This document shows, piece by piece, positions 8,968 through 17,013 of a stretch of 32,000 nucleotides of DNA. Under the pieces are notes generated by a model. That model ran no database searches and had not been told where the DNA came from. It was given only the letters and a program-made list of their open reading frames with translations. The stretch is from NCBI RefSeq assembly GCF_036323395.1, contig NZ_AP028907.1, positions 556,218 through 588,217 of the forward strand, in the 5' to 3' direction. The position numbers were made by a program, and so were the translations under genes. This DNA is from Pyrodictium abyssi. GTDB taxonomy: Archaea; Thermoproteota; Thermoprotei_A; Sulfolobales; Pyrodictiaceae. How positions within the stretch are numbered: position 1 is the stretch's first letter; each line of letters starts with the position of its first letter.

Positions 8968-10922
8968 CCCGCTACAGCCCGGTCCATTGCGGCGCGGAAC
9001 TCCTCGACAGCACGGCGCACCTCCTCGACGCCTGCCTCGTCCTCGAGGGTGCTGAGGTCGCCGAGCGGCGCCCCGGTGAGCACAGCGCGGAGTACACGGC
9101 GCAGTATCTTCCCAGTCCGGGTCTTCGGCAGCTTGTCCACCACGTAGACCCCCTTCAGCACCGCTATGGGGCCGTACTTCTTCCTCACCAGTCCTCTGAC
9201 CTCCTCTGCTAGACGGGCCCGGTCCACCTGGACGTCCATCCTCGGCACCACGAAGACGGCGAGCACTGTCCCCCGGAGCTCGTCGGGCACACCAACCACG
9301 GCCGCCTCTGCTACGCTGGGGTGCTCTAGCACCGTGTTCTCTATCTCCGCTGGGCCGAGGCGGTGGCCAGCAACCTTCACCACGTCGTCGGCCCTGCCGA
9401 GTATGTAGACGTAGCCGTCCTCGTCAACGTAGCCGTAGTCGCCGGTGTAGTAGTAGCCGGGGAACAGGCTCCAGTACGTCTTGATGTACCGCTCCCGGTC
9501 GCCCCACACGCCGTAGGCGAAGGCGGGCGGCACCGGGGCCTTCACGACTATGTGCCCCTTCTCGCCCGGCGCGGCCTCGGAGCCGTCGTCGCGGAGCACG
9601 CGGAGGTCTATGCCCGGGTAGGGGAGCCCTACGCTCCCCCGCCGGTAGGCTATGCCGCCGACTAGGCCGTAGCCCCCGGGCGCGGTGATGAAGCCGCTGT
9701 TCTCGGTCTGGCCCCACGTCTCGACGACGTGGCAGCCTGGCCGGCGGCGGCAGACGTTCTCCACCAGCCAGCGCCACGGCTCCAGCCCTAGTATCTCCCC
9801 GGCGCTCACGATGAGCCTGAGGGTCTCCAGGCTGTAGCGGCGGGGCACCTCGTCGCCGTAGCGTATTAGCAGCCTTACGGCTGTCGGCGCGACCCACATC
9901 ATGTCCACGCTGTAGGAGTCGACTATGTCCCACCAAACCCAGGGGCCCGGGTAGTCGGGCGCATCGCTGTACCAGACCACCGTGGAGCCGTTGAGCAGCG
10001 GCCCGTACGTGGCATAGGTGTGGCCGTTAATCCACCCTATGTCGACGGGTACGAAGAACACGTCGTTGTCCAGGAAGCCGAAGAGCCACCGGGTGTGCGC
10101 ATACGCCCAGACCATGTACTGGCCGTGCAGGTGCACCATGCCCTTGGGCTTGCCTGTGGTGCCGCTCGTGTAGAGTATGAAGAGGGGCTCCTCAGACCGG
10201 ACCATAACATGGTCAAGCCTTACGCGGCGCGGCAGCTTCTCGAGCTCCTCGTGGGCCCAGACGTCACGGCCAGGCTTCATCTCCACCTCGTTGCCCGCCA
10301 CCCGGTGCACGACCACCTTCTCGACCCCACCGGCCTCCGCGGCAGCCTCGTCGACCACGGGCTTCAGTGGTATGACCTTGCCGCGCCTCGTCATGCCGTC
10401 CGCCGTCACCACTACCCTGGCCCCGGAGTCGCGGATCCTCTGGGCGAGCGCCGCGCTCCCAAACCCGCTGAACACGACCACGTGCACGGCTCCGAGCCTG
10501 GCTACAGCCAGCATAGTGTACATGGCCTCGGGGACAATAGGCATGTAGACTACTACCCTGTCGCCGCGCTTCACGCCGAGGCTCCGGAGCATCGCGGCGT
10601 AGCGGTTGACCTCGCGGAGGAGGTCACTGTAGCGGATTACGCGCTCTTCGCCCTCGCCTCCCCTCCACACGAGGGCGGCCTTGTTGCCGAGGCCCCTCTC
10701 GATGTTCCTCTCCAGTATGTTGTAGGTTATGTTGGTGACGCCGCCTACGAACCAGCGGTAGAACGGCGGGTCCGAGTCGTCTAGGGTAGTGTCCCAGCGC
10801 CGAGCCCAGTAGAGCTCGCGGGCTACTTTCTCCCAGAAGCCCTGGGGGTCGCGGAGGCTTTCCTCGACTATCCTCTTCTGCTGCTCTATGAGCTCTGCCT
10901 CGGGGAGGGCTACGGCCTCCAC
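8964..10922 (-). CDS. acs: Acetyl-CoA synthetase (AMP-forming acetate--CoA ligase)
   Basis: 652 aa. Has the YTSGTTGKPKG AMP-binding motif, YYYTGDYGYVDEDGYVYILGRADDV, and C-terminal LPKTRTGKILRR. Confidence 0.9.
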   Translation of the reverse strand: MEAVALPEAELIEQQKRIVEESLRDPQGFWEKVARELYWARRWDTTLDDSDPPFYRWFVGGVTNITYNILERNIERGLGNKAALVWRGGEGEERVIRYSDLLREVNRYAAMLRSLGVKRGDRVVVYMPIVPEAMYTMLAVARLGAVHVVVFSGFGSAALAQRIRDSGARVVVTADGMTRRGKVIPLKPVVDEAAAEAGGVEKVVVHRVAGNEVEMKPGRDVWAHEELEKLPRRVRLDHVMVRSEEPLFILYTSGTTGKPKGMVHLHGQYMVWAYAHTRWLFGFLDNDVFFVPVDIGWINGHTYATYGPLLNGSTVVWYSDAPDYPGPWVWWDIVDSYSVDMMWVAPTAVRLLIRYGDEVPRRYSLETLRLIVSAGEILGLEPWRWLVENVCRRRPGCHVVETWGQTENSGFITAPGGYGLVGGIAYRRGSVGLPYPGIDLRVLRDDGSEAAPGEKGHIVVKAPVPPAFAYGVWGDRERYIKTYWSLFPGYYYTGDYGYVDEDGYVYILGRADDVVKVAGHRLGPAEIENTVLEHPSVAEAAVVGVPDELRGTVLAVFVVPRMDVQVDRARLAEEVRGLVRKKYGPIAVLKGVYVVDKLPKTRTGKILRRVLRAVLTGAPLGDLSTLEDEAGVEEVRRAVEEFRAAMDRAVAG

Positions 10923-10984
10923 AGCATCTCACCATAGGGGCGTAGCCCCAGGGGTGGATAGTCCCCGGGGCTGCGCGGATACCG

Positions 10985-11100
10985 GGGTATGTAATTCCAC
11001 GGCATTATACATAAAAAGACTATTGTACCTTATCTATCATAAACTAGTGTTAGGTAGTGTAAGACTGTGGACTACCTATGGGAGCACTGGCTCGGGCTAT
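10985..11100. promoter_or_regulatory. AT-rich divergent promoter region between acs and the ABC transporter
   Basis: ttatacataaaaagactattgtaccttatctatcataaactag is a locally AT-rich stretch with TATA-like elements, lying between two divergently oriented start codons (10922 and 11157). Confidence 0.5.
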
Positions 11101-11156
11101 ATGGAAAGGCGTTTTACCCGGCATGCAGCATCTCTTAGCACCGGTCTAGTGCCGCC

Positions 11157-11915
11157 TTGCCGCTGCTCGTGGTGGACGGGCTAGTCAAGGTCTATCCTGG
11201 GGGCGTCAAGGCTCTCCGGGGGATAAGCTTCAGCGTCGAGGAGGGCGAGGTCTTCGGCCTGGTCGGGCCGAACGGGGCCGGCAAGACAACCACCTTCCGG
11301 ATAATCGCTACTCTGCTTAAGCCGACAAGCGGCCGCGTCACCGTGGACGGTGTTGACGTGGCACAGGAGCCCTACGAGGCCCGGAAGAAGCTGGTCTACG
11401 TGCCGGAGGATGTGGGCGGCTACCGGCGGCTCACCGGGCTCGAGTACCTCTCCTTCGTCATAGAGGTCTTCATGTCGGCGCGCGGCGCAACGCGGAGCGA
11501 GGTCCGCGAGGCGCTAGAGGAGGCTGTGAGGCTCACCGGGCTCAGCGAGGAGAAGCTCCGGAGGACAAGGATGCAGGACTACAGTAAGGGCATGAAGCGC
11601 CGCGTCCAGGTCGCATGGGCGCTTGCCGTGAAGCCGCGGCTCGCAATCCTCGACGAGCCCACGTCGGGCCTCGACGTGGAGGCTAGCTATGAGCTACGGC
11701 GCGTCATAGCCGAGTACGCCCGGAGGCATCGGGTGACGGTGGTACTCAGTAGCCACAACATGCTGGAGGTGGAGTACCTCTGCGACCGTGTAGCCCTCAT
11801 GAAGGACGGCAGGATAATAGACATAGGGTTCCCCGGGGAGCTCGTCGAGAAGTACAACGCCCGCAACCTCGAGGAGGCCTATATGAGGGCTGTAGCGGGG
11901 GCTGGTAGCAGGTGA
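11157..11915 (+). CDS. ABC transporter ATP-binding protein
   Basis: 252 aa. Walker A GPNGAGKTT, signature YSKGMKRR, Walker B LAILDEPTSGLD. Confidence 0.9.
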   Translation: MPLLVVDGLVKVYPGGVKALRGISFSVEEGEVFGLVGPNGAGKTTTFRIIATLLKPTSGRVTVDGVDVAQEPYEARKKLVYVPEDVGGYRRLTGLEYLSFVIEVFMSARGATRSEVREALEEAVRLTGLSEEKLRRTRMQDYSKGMKRRVQVAWALAVKPRLAILDEPTSGLDVEASYELRRVIAEYARRHRVTVVLSSHNMLEVEYLCDRVALMKDGRIIDIGFPGELVEKYNARNLEEAYMRAVAGAGSR

Positions 11916-13099
11916 GGAGGCTTCTCGCGAAGGAGCTTAAGACGCTGCTCCGCGAGCCCATGGTAGTAGTAATGATAGTCATGCCGTTCATAATCTACTC
12001 GTTCATGGCTCCGTTCTACAGCGCTGCTACCGAGCAGGCCGAGGAGGCCGCCAAGCTACGGGGCGTAAGGATAGCCCTCGCCAGCTGCCAGGAGACCGGC
12101 CCCGGACCGGTGCTAGGAGTACTGGCAGCCTCGCTCCGGGCGGCCAACGTGACGGTGAACGTGCTGGAGACGTGTAAGCCCGTGGAGGCCCTGAAGACGG
12201 GTGGCTACGACGCCGTGATAGTGGTAAACTCTACCGGTGGCCGGTTCTCCTTTGAAGTCTACGTCCGAGGCGACCCTACGCGCCTAACCCGCACACTAGC
12301 ACTGCCGGGCTCGCTGGGCGCCCAGCTAGGCCGCGCTCTATCCCCTGGCGCTGGGAACGTGACTAGCCGGGCCTACGTGCTGCTAGGCGACCGGCTCTGG
12401 AGCTTCGAGGAGCTTAGCAGCGTCTACGGCGTGGGCGTTGCGCTGGGCTATGCTACGTTCTTCATACTGTTCCCGGCCGCCTCGCTGGGCGCCGCCCTGA
12501 TGGGCGCGGAGAGGGAGGAGCACATGCTCGACGTGCTCTTCTCGCTACCGGTCCGGAGGCGGAGCATAGCCCTATCCAAGGCCGCCGCGGCGCTGGTGGC
12601 ATCGCTGCTCACGGCTGCCTCTGCGCTCGCCGGGCTCTACCGGCTCTTCGGCTCAATCGGCGTAGATATGGGGATATCCAGGTACTACTCGCCAGCGGAT
12701 CTCACGGTCTACGTGGCGGCCCTTGCCTCTGAGGCACTGTTCGCCGTCATACTGGCCATGCTGGTCGGCTTATTCGCCTCAACGATGAGGGGAGCGCAGT
12801 CTGCCGCGACGATAGTAGTGCTCCCCGCGATAATACCGCCCATGATGACGATGACCGGCATCCCAGTCTCCAGGCTCTTCACCCTCGTGCCCTACACGGC
12901 CGCGCTGTACGCCGGCCTAGCACCCCTAGCAGGCCTAGAGCGCGCAGCCATGGCCACCGTGGCGCAGCTAGCCGAGACAGCGCTAGCGCTACTACTGCTT
13001 GTCAAGCTGCTAGAGTCCGAGGCAGCCGTAACAGGGCCCGAGACACTCCGGAGGCTCCGCACAAGCCTAGCACACAAGCTACGGGGCAGACGCCGCTAG
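11912..13099 (+). CDS. ABC-2 type transporter permease
   Basis: 395 aa. GTGA overlap with the ATPase gene. TM1 is followed by a large extracytoplasmic loop and about 5 C-terminal TM helices. Confidence 0.75.
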   Translation: MRRLLAKELKTLLREPMVVVMIVMPFIIYSFMAPFYSAATEQAEEAAKLRGVRIALASCQETGPGPVLGVLAASLRAANVTVNVLETCKPVEALKTGGYDAVIVVNSTGGRFSFEVYVRGDPTRLTRTLALPGSLGAQLGRALSPGAGNVTSRAYVLLGDRLWSFEELSSVYGVGVALGYATFFILFPAASLGAALMGAEREEHMLDVLFSLPVRRRSIALSKAAAALVASLLTAASALAGLYRLFGSIGVDMGISRYYSPADLTVYVAALASEALFAVILAMLVGLFASTMRGAQSAATIVVLPAIIPPMMTMTGIPVSRLFTLVPYTAALYAGLAPLAGLERAAMATVAQLAETALALLLLVKLLESEAAVTGPETLRRLRTSLAHKLRGRRR

Positions 13100-13195
13100 T
13101 GACTGCGTGGCGTCTGGGCGCCCGCGGGCCTGGCAAAGCACATCTAGCAGCACTCAAGGCCCCCTTTTACCACATACTAGGGTGCTGCTGCAGCT

Positions 13196-13786
13196 TTGAG
13201 CGCAGCTAAGGCGTTGGAAAAACCGCTACCCCGGCCCCGGCGGGGCCTGGTGGGCTATGCCGCTGCTCGTGCTCTGGAGGCTCTGCTTGAGGCTTTGCTG
13301 GCGCTGAGGTTCCTCGGGGAGGGCTTTACGAGGAGTGCTGCGGGTAAGGCGCTCCAGGCGTGGCGGGCGCTAACCGGGGCGCTGCCGGCCCTCGAGCGGG
13401 ACAGGGTAGCCGAGAAACTGGAGAACGAGGAGCAGAGGAGATGGCTACTGGAGAAGGCGATACCCCGGGCCCCGACTGGTAGGCTCAAAGCGCTTAGCCA
13501 GCTGCTAGATGAGGTAGGGTACCGGGACTACACACACTATACCAGCACGGCGCTAAGCCTCCACGACTACCAGCTCCACGGCCCGGACCCCTCCGGGGAG
13601 CTGAGCAAGTACCCCGGCGAGGAGGAGGCTAGAAAGGACATAGTGTACCTCGTGCAGACTGTAGCCAGGGTAATAGGGTCTAAGGCCAGGCAGAGCCTAA
13701 CAGAGAAGGGGGCCTGGGCGCCAGAGCACGAGGAGGCTCTACAACGGCTAGCCAGGGAGATAGAGAGCCTCGGCGACGGAGCATAA
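13196..13786 (+). CDS. PaREP1-family (HEPN-like helical) protein
   Basis: 196 aa with a TTG start. ARALEALLEALLALRFLGEGFTRSAAGKALQAWRAL resembles the PaREP1 N-terminal signature (GL.RNAAGKAFQAWKA), recalled from memory. Confidence 0.5.
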   Translation: MSAAKALEKPLPRPRRGLVGYAAARALEALLEALLALRFLGEGFTRSAAGKALQAWRALTGALPALERDRVAEKLENEEQRRWLLEKAIPRAPTGRLKALSQLLDEVGYRDYTHYTSTALSLHDYQLHGPDPSGELSKYPGEEEARKDIVYLVQTVARVIGSKARQSLTEKGAWAPEHEEALQRLAREIESLGDGA

Positions 13787-13859
13787 GGCGGATAGGCGTG
13801 GGCTACAAGGGCGCCCAGGGGAGTCCATAGCAAGGAGCCGATCGGAGGCGTCTCCCCCC

Positions 13860-14660
13860 TTGGCGCGTATCGAGCGCGTAGCCTCAGTCACCGTAGCAGT
13901 GGTGCAGCACGGCCCGGTACCGCTCTCCACGCTGCCCATGCTCCTCGGCAAGCTAGAGGAGGTCTACACCCGCGCCAGGGAGGAAGAGCGGCCCGACTAC
14001 GTGGAGCTCCACCTCTACCAGAGCCCCCTCCAGCTCGCCGAGGCGCTGGAGGGCGAGGCGCTGCGGGTCGGCGCGGGGGTGTCTGCGCTCTATCCTACCG
14101 CCTACGAGGCGTGGACGGGTATACCCAGGATACACGTGGTGCCGGGCGAGCTAGCCGGGCTCGAGTACGGGGCCGCGCTCCTAGCCCACGAGGCTGTGCA
14201 TAGCGTGCTCCACCCCGGGCCCGGCTACTACGTGGTGGCTTTGCCCCGCCGCCTACCCGCGGCCCAGGGCCTCCTCGTAGCCCACGTCGCCGCGACTGTG
14301 GTGAAGGACCTGGAGGTACACCTCTGGATGGCCGAGCGGCGGCTAGACGAGGACCTGGAGGCCATCCGGCACTACTGGCTCTACAGCCAGCTCGTGGAGC
14401 CCCGCTGCGCCCTCCTCCAGGAGGCCGGGGACACGCTACGCGCAGCGACGGCCTGGATAGCGGCTGGCGCTGAGCCCCCGCTGAGCGGGGAGTGCCGCGA
14501 GGCCCTAGCCGAGCCCCTGGAGCTGCTACGCGGGCTGGCAGAAGGGTGGCGCGCCAGGGCCCGGCCATGGAGCCGGGTAGGCGAGGTAGTGGAATCCCTA
14601 GCGAGGCTCGTGGAGAGCGGCATCGTCCATACGCCGCAGGACTACACCGGGGAGGCCTGA
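13860..14660 (+). CDS. Hypothetical protein with an HExxH motif (putative zincin-like metalloprotease)
   Basis: 266 aa with a TTG start. LLAHEAVHSVLHPGPGYY carries HEAVH. The rest is helical and unassigned. Confidence 0.45.
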   Translation: MARIERVASVTVAVVQHGPVPLSTLPMLLGKLEEVYTRAREEERPDYVELHLYQSPLQLAEALEGEALRVGAGVSALYPTAYEAWTGIPRIHVVPGELAGLEYGAALLAHEAVHSVLHPGPGYYVVALPRRLPAAQGLLVAHVAATVVKDLEVHLWMAERRLDEDLEAIRHYWLYSQLVEPRCALLQEAGDTLRAATAWIAAGAEPPLSGECREALAEPLELLRGLAEGWRARARPWSRVGEVVESLARLVESGIVHTPQDYTGEA

Positions 14661-14803
14661 AGGCAGCCACAGCGCCCTTGGCTCCCCCTTATAAGCCTTG
14701 CTCACATGCTGTGTACTCTCCCAGTGAGCTAGGGGTATACCCTCCACACGCACTAGAAGAGAAACACGAAACAGCACAGAGAGAAGGAGAGGTGAGACAA
14801 GAC

Positions 14804-15415
14804 ATGACCAAGCCCGGTCTAGCCCTACTAGGCGTAGCCCTCGCAGCCCTCACGGGCGCAGCCATAGCGGGCGCATGGGCCCCATGGTGGATAAGCCAGG
14901 CAAACGCCACGCCAGTAGCAGCGCCGTTCGAGCCAATGGCGGGAGCAGGATGCCCTGCCTGCCCGATGGCTGCCGGCCAGCAGTCGATGGCGGCCCCTGC
15001 AGCAGGTATGCCAGTAGCCGGCAAGCCCGGGGCAGTAGGCCCAGCAGCTGGCTGGCACGGCCACCACGGCGCAGCCAGGGGCGCCTGGGCCACAGCAACA
15101 GCGACCACAGTGACGGGCACAGTAACCAAGGTCTACCAGCCCCGTATGCTAGTGGTAGACACTGGTAGCGGCACAGCCATGGTAGTGCTGCCGTGCATGA
15201 TGATAAGCCCCAGCGGCGGCCTAGTGACCGCCGACACGCTGCTAGCCAAGATACAGCCGGGCACAACCGTGACCATAGAGGGCTACGCCAAGGTGCAGCC
15301 ACTCACCGGCTACACGATAGTCCACGCGACAGCGATAACGGTGGACGGCGAGACCTACACCTGGGCCAGCGGCTACATGGCCCAGCAGATAGCGGCCACA
15401 GCAGCTAGCAGCTAA
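14804..15415 (+). CDS. Secreted or anchored Met/His-rich protein with a C-terminal OB-fold-like (BOF/CusF-like) domain
   Basis: Taken from ATG 14804, preceded by GGAGAGGTGA, rather than the track start 14492. N-terminal signal or anchor is MTKPGLALLGVALAALTGAAIAGAWA. Followed by CPACPMAAGQQSMAAPAAGMPVAG...WHGHHG, then a beta-rich TVTGTVTKVYQPRMLVVDTGSG...TVTIEGYAKV...AITVDGETYTW. Confidence 0.6.
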   Translation: MTKPGLALLGVALAALTGAAIAGAWAPWWISQANATPVAAPFEPMAGAGCPACPMAAGQQSMAAPAAGMPVAGKPGAVGPAAGWHGHHGAARGAWATATATTVTGTVTKVYQPRMLVVDTGSGTAMVVLPCMMISPSGGLVTADTLLAKIQPGTTVTIEGYAKVQPLTGYTIVHATAITVDGETYTWASGYMAQQIAATAASS

Positions 15416-15466
15416 CCCGAGGATAGGGGGACCAGGGGAAACACTCTACGCCTATGCCTTTTTGCG

Positions 15467-15478
15467 TCCATGGAGTCT
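15467..15478. repeat. Copy 1 of the 12-bp element tccatggagtct (palindromic core TCCATGGA)
   Basis: Exact 12-mer, repeated at 15799..15810. A degenerate copy ctatggagttct lies at about 15613-15624. Confidence 0.7.
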
Positions 15479-15659
15479 GTCTGCGTACCCTCTCCTAGCT
15501 CGGCCGGGGCTTGTCTCCTTAGAGGCCCTCTCGGAGAAAATCCTTGCCCAGGGCTTCTAGCCGTCTAGCCGGCTCAACCTCAACGGGGCTTACGCTGATT
15601 CACCGTAATGGCGCTATGGAGTTCTATCCAGGTTCTAGCCCATCCCTAACGCAACAGCA

Positions 15660-15830
15660 TCTCTTGTTGAAAGATTTTCTTATCTATTATATTGTGTCCT
15701 TATAAAATGTTATATTACTCTGTAATTCAGTTATTCTGAGATTTTCTTTCAATTAAAGTGCTAGATATAAATAGACTATTGTTGGTCAGTAATTAATATC
15801 CATGGAGTCTAGTGCGTGGAAATGGCGACG
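15660..15830. promoter_or_regulatory. About 170-bp AT-rich island and promoter upstream of the Mo-oxidoreductase operon
   Basis: Sharp drop in GC. TATA-like tataaaa (15701-15707) and atataaata (15765-15773). Direct 10-mer agattttctt at 15672-15681 and 15739-15748. SD-like aggaggtg at 15831-15838, before GTG 15847. Confidence 0.6.
15799..15810. repeat. Copy 2 of tccatggagtct, between the TATA-like box and the SD of the operon
   Basis: Exact match to 15467..15478. Its position downstream of the TATA candidate suits an operator. Confidence 0.7.
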
Positions 15831-15846
15831 AGGAGGTGCTTGATAC

Positions 15847-16995
15847 GTGAACATCAAACTAAACCTAGTGGTAGCCATAGCCATGATTGTGGTTGGCGCT
15901 ATTCTGCTCATACCTGCCCTGGACCGCTACTGCCCTAGCTGCGTCGCCGAGCGCAGCATATACCCGTTCACAGCTATGATGACCGCCTACATCACCTACG
16001 CGGGATTCGCTGCAGGTCTCGTGCTAGTCGCCTCGCTCTGCAAGCTCATGGGCTGGCTCGACGACAAGTGGGCGAGCCACACACTCTGGGCAGCGCTCGG
16101 CCTACTAGTAGCAGCGTGGATAACAGTGCTCCTCGACCTCGGCCGCCCCGACCACGCAGTCTGGCTTCTGCTAAACTGGCAGCCCGGCAGCAGAGTGGCA
16201 TGGATGCCAGTCTTCTACACCGTGCTAACATTGCTACTGCTAGTACTCCTCCTCGGCCACATAAGAGGAGGCAACACCCGCTCTAACATGGTGCTACTAG
16301 CCGCTGCTGTCGTCGCTGCTGCGCTGCTAGAGCTTAACCTGGGCAGTGTCTTCGGCTTCGCTGTAGGCGTCCCAGCCTGGCATGGGCTTTATCCTGCATT
16401 CTCGTTCCTTGTAGCCGGTGTTGCTGGTGGTGCAGCGGCTGCAGCCCTCCTAGCTCCTCTGGGTGCAAGGCTCCACGGTTCTGGCGGTACACCGCCGGTA
16501 CGCCCTCTTGCCGGCCTAGCTGTTGGCGCCGCGCTGCTCTACCTGGTGATGGAGTACTGGAGGCTACTACAGGCCGGCTATGACCCGGGTCTACGCGCCT
16601 TCTTCAAGGCTGCTGGCACGAGCCTCTGGCTGGAGCTAGGCCTCGTAGCGGCTGCGGTTGCCCTACTGTCGTTCGCCTATGTAAAGCGGAGCTATCATGG
16701 TCTAGCCGTAGCCTCTGTGATCCTCCTGGCCGGCCTAGTGGCCGCAAAGCATAGCTTCATTATACACGGCCAGGAGGCTAGGCTAGAGCCCTCACTGGTA
16801 GCCCCCGTGAACCCGTACGAGGCCCTCTACGGGGATACAGCATACCACGTATCTGGCACCGATGCAGCCGCTATCGCCGCGGCTATTCTCCTAGGGCTAG
16901 GCGTCTTCGCCCTAGGCGAGCTCCTCCTAGCGCTCGAGCCGGGCGAGAAGCCCGCAAGGCTACTCCTCTTCCGCAGCATCAGTGGTAAAAGCTAG
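15847..16995 (+). CDS. NrfD/PsrC-like polytopic membrane anchor subunit of the molybdopterin oxidoreductase
   Basis: 382 aa with about 9-10 TM helices and a GTG start 9 nt after aggaggtg. Lies immediately upstream of the catalytic subunit. Confidence 0.7.
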   Translation: MNIKLNLVVAIAMIVVGAILLIPALDRYCPSCVAERSIYPFTAMMTAYITYAGFAAGLVLVASLCKLMGWLDDKWASHTLWAALGLLVAAWITVLLDLGRPDHAVWLLLNWQPGSRVAWMPVFYTVLTLLLLVLLLGHIRGGNTRSNMVLLAAAVVAAALLELNLGSVFGFAVGVPAWHGLYPAFSFLVAGVAGGAAAAALLAPLGARLHGSGGTPPVRPLAGLAVGAALLYLVMEYWRLLQAGYDPGLRAFFKAAGTSLWLELGLVAAAVALLSFAYVKRSYHGLAVASVILLAGLVAAKHSFIIHGQEARLEPSLVAPVNPYEALYGDTAYHVSGTDAAAIAAAILLGLGVFALGELLLALEPGEKPARLLLFRSISGKS

Positions 16996-17013
16996 GCATA
17001 GGAGGTGGTACAC

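Noticed and set aside
10020-10784. 254-aa ORF antisense to acs, with neighbouring antisense ORFs 9166-9665 and 10177-10548
   Set aside because: It lies opposite a strongly supported acs CDS. There are no motifs, and the composition is that of antisense high-GC sequence.
14492-14803. N-terminal 104-aa extension of the secreted Met-rich protein (track start 14492)
   Set aside because: The extension overlaps the 3' end of the HExxH gene and is Arg/Gly/Pro-rich. A good SD and signal peptide begin at ATG 14804.
15420-15846. Calling the AT-rich island a chromosomal replication origin outright
   Set aside because: It has only a dyad-core resemblance to ORB elements. The repeats are direct rather than inverted, and no orc1/cdc6 gene lies in the window. 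A promoter and operator for the adjacent operon explains the features more simply, so it is kept only as a hedged alternative in the findings.
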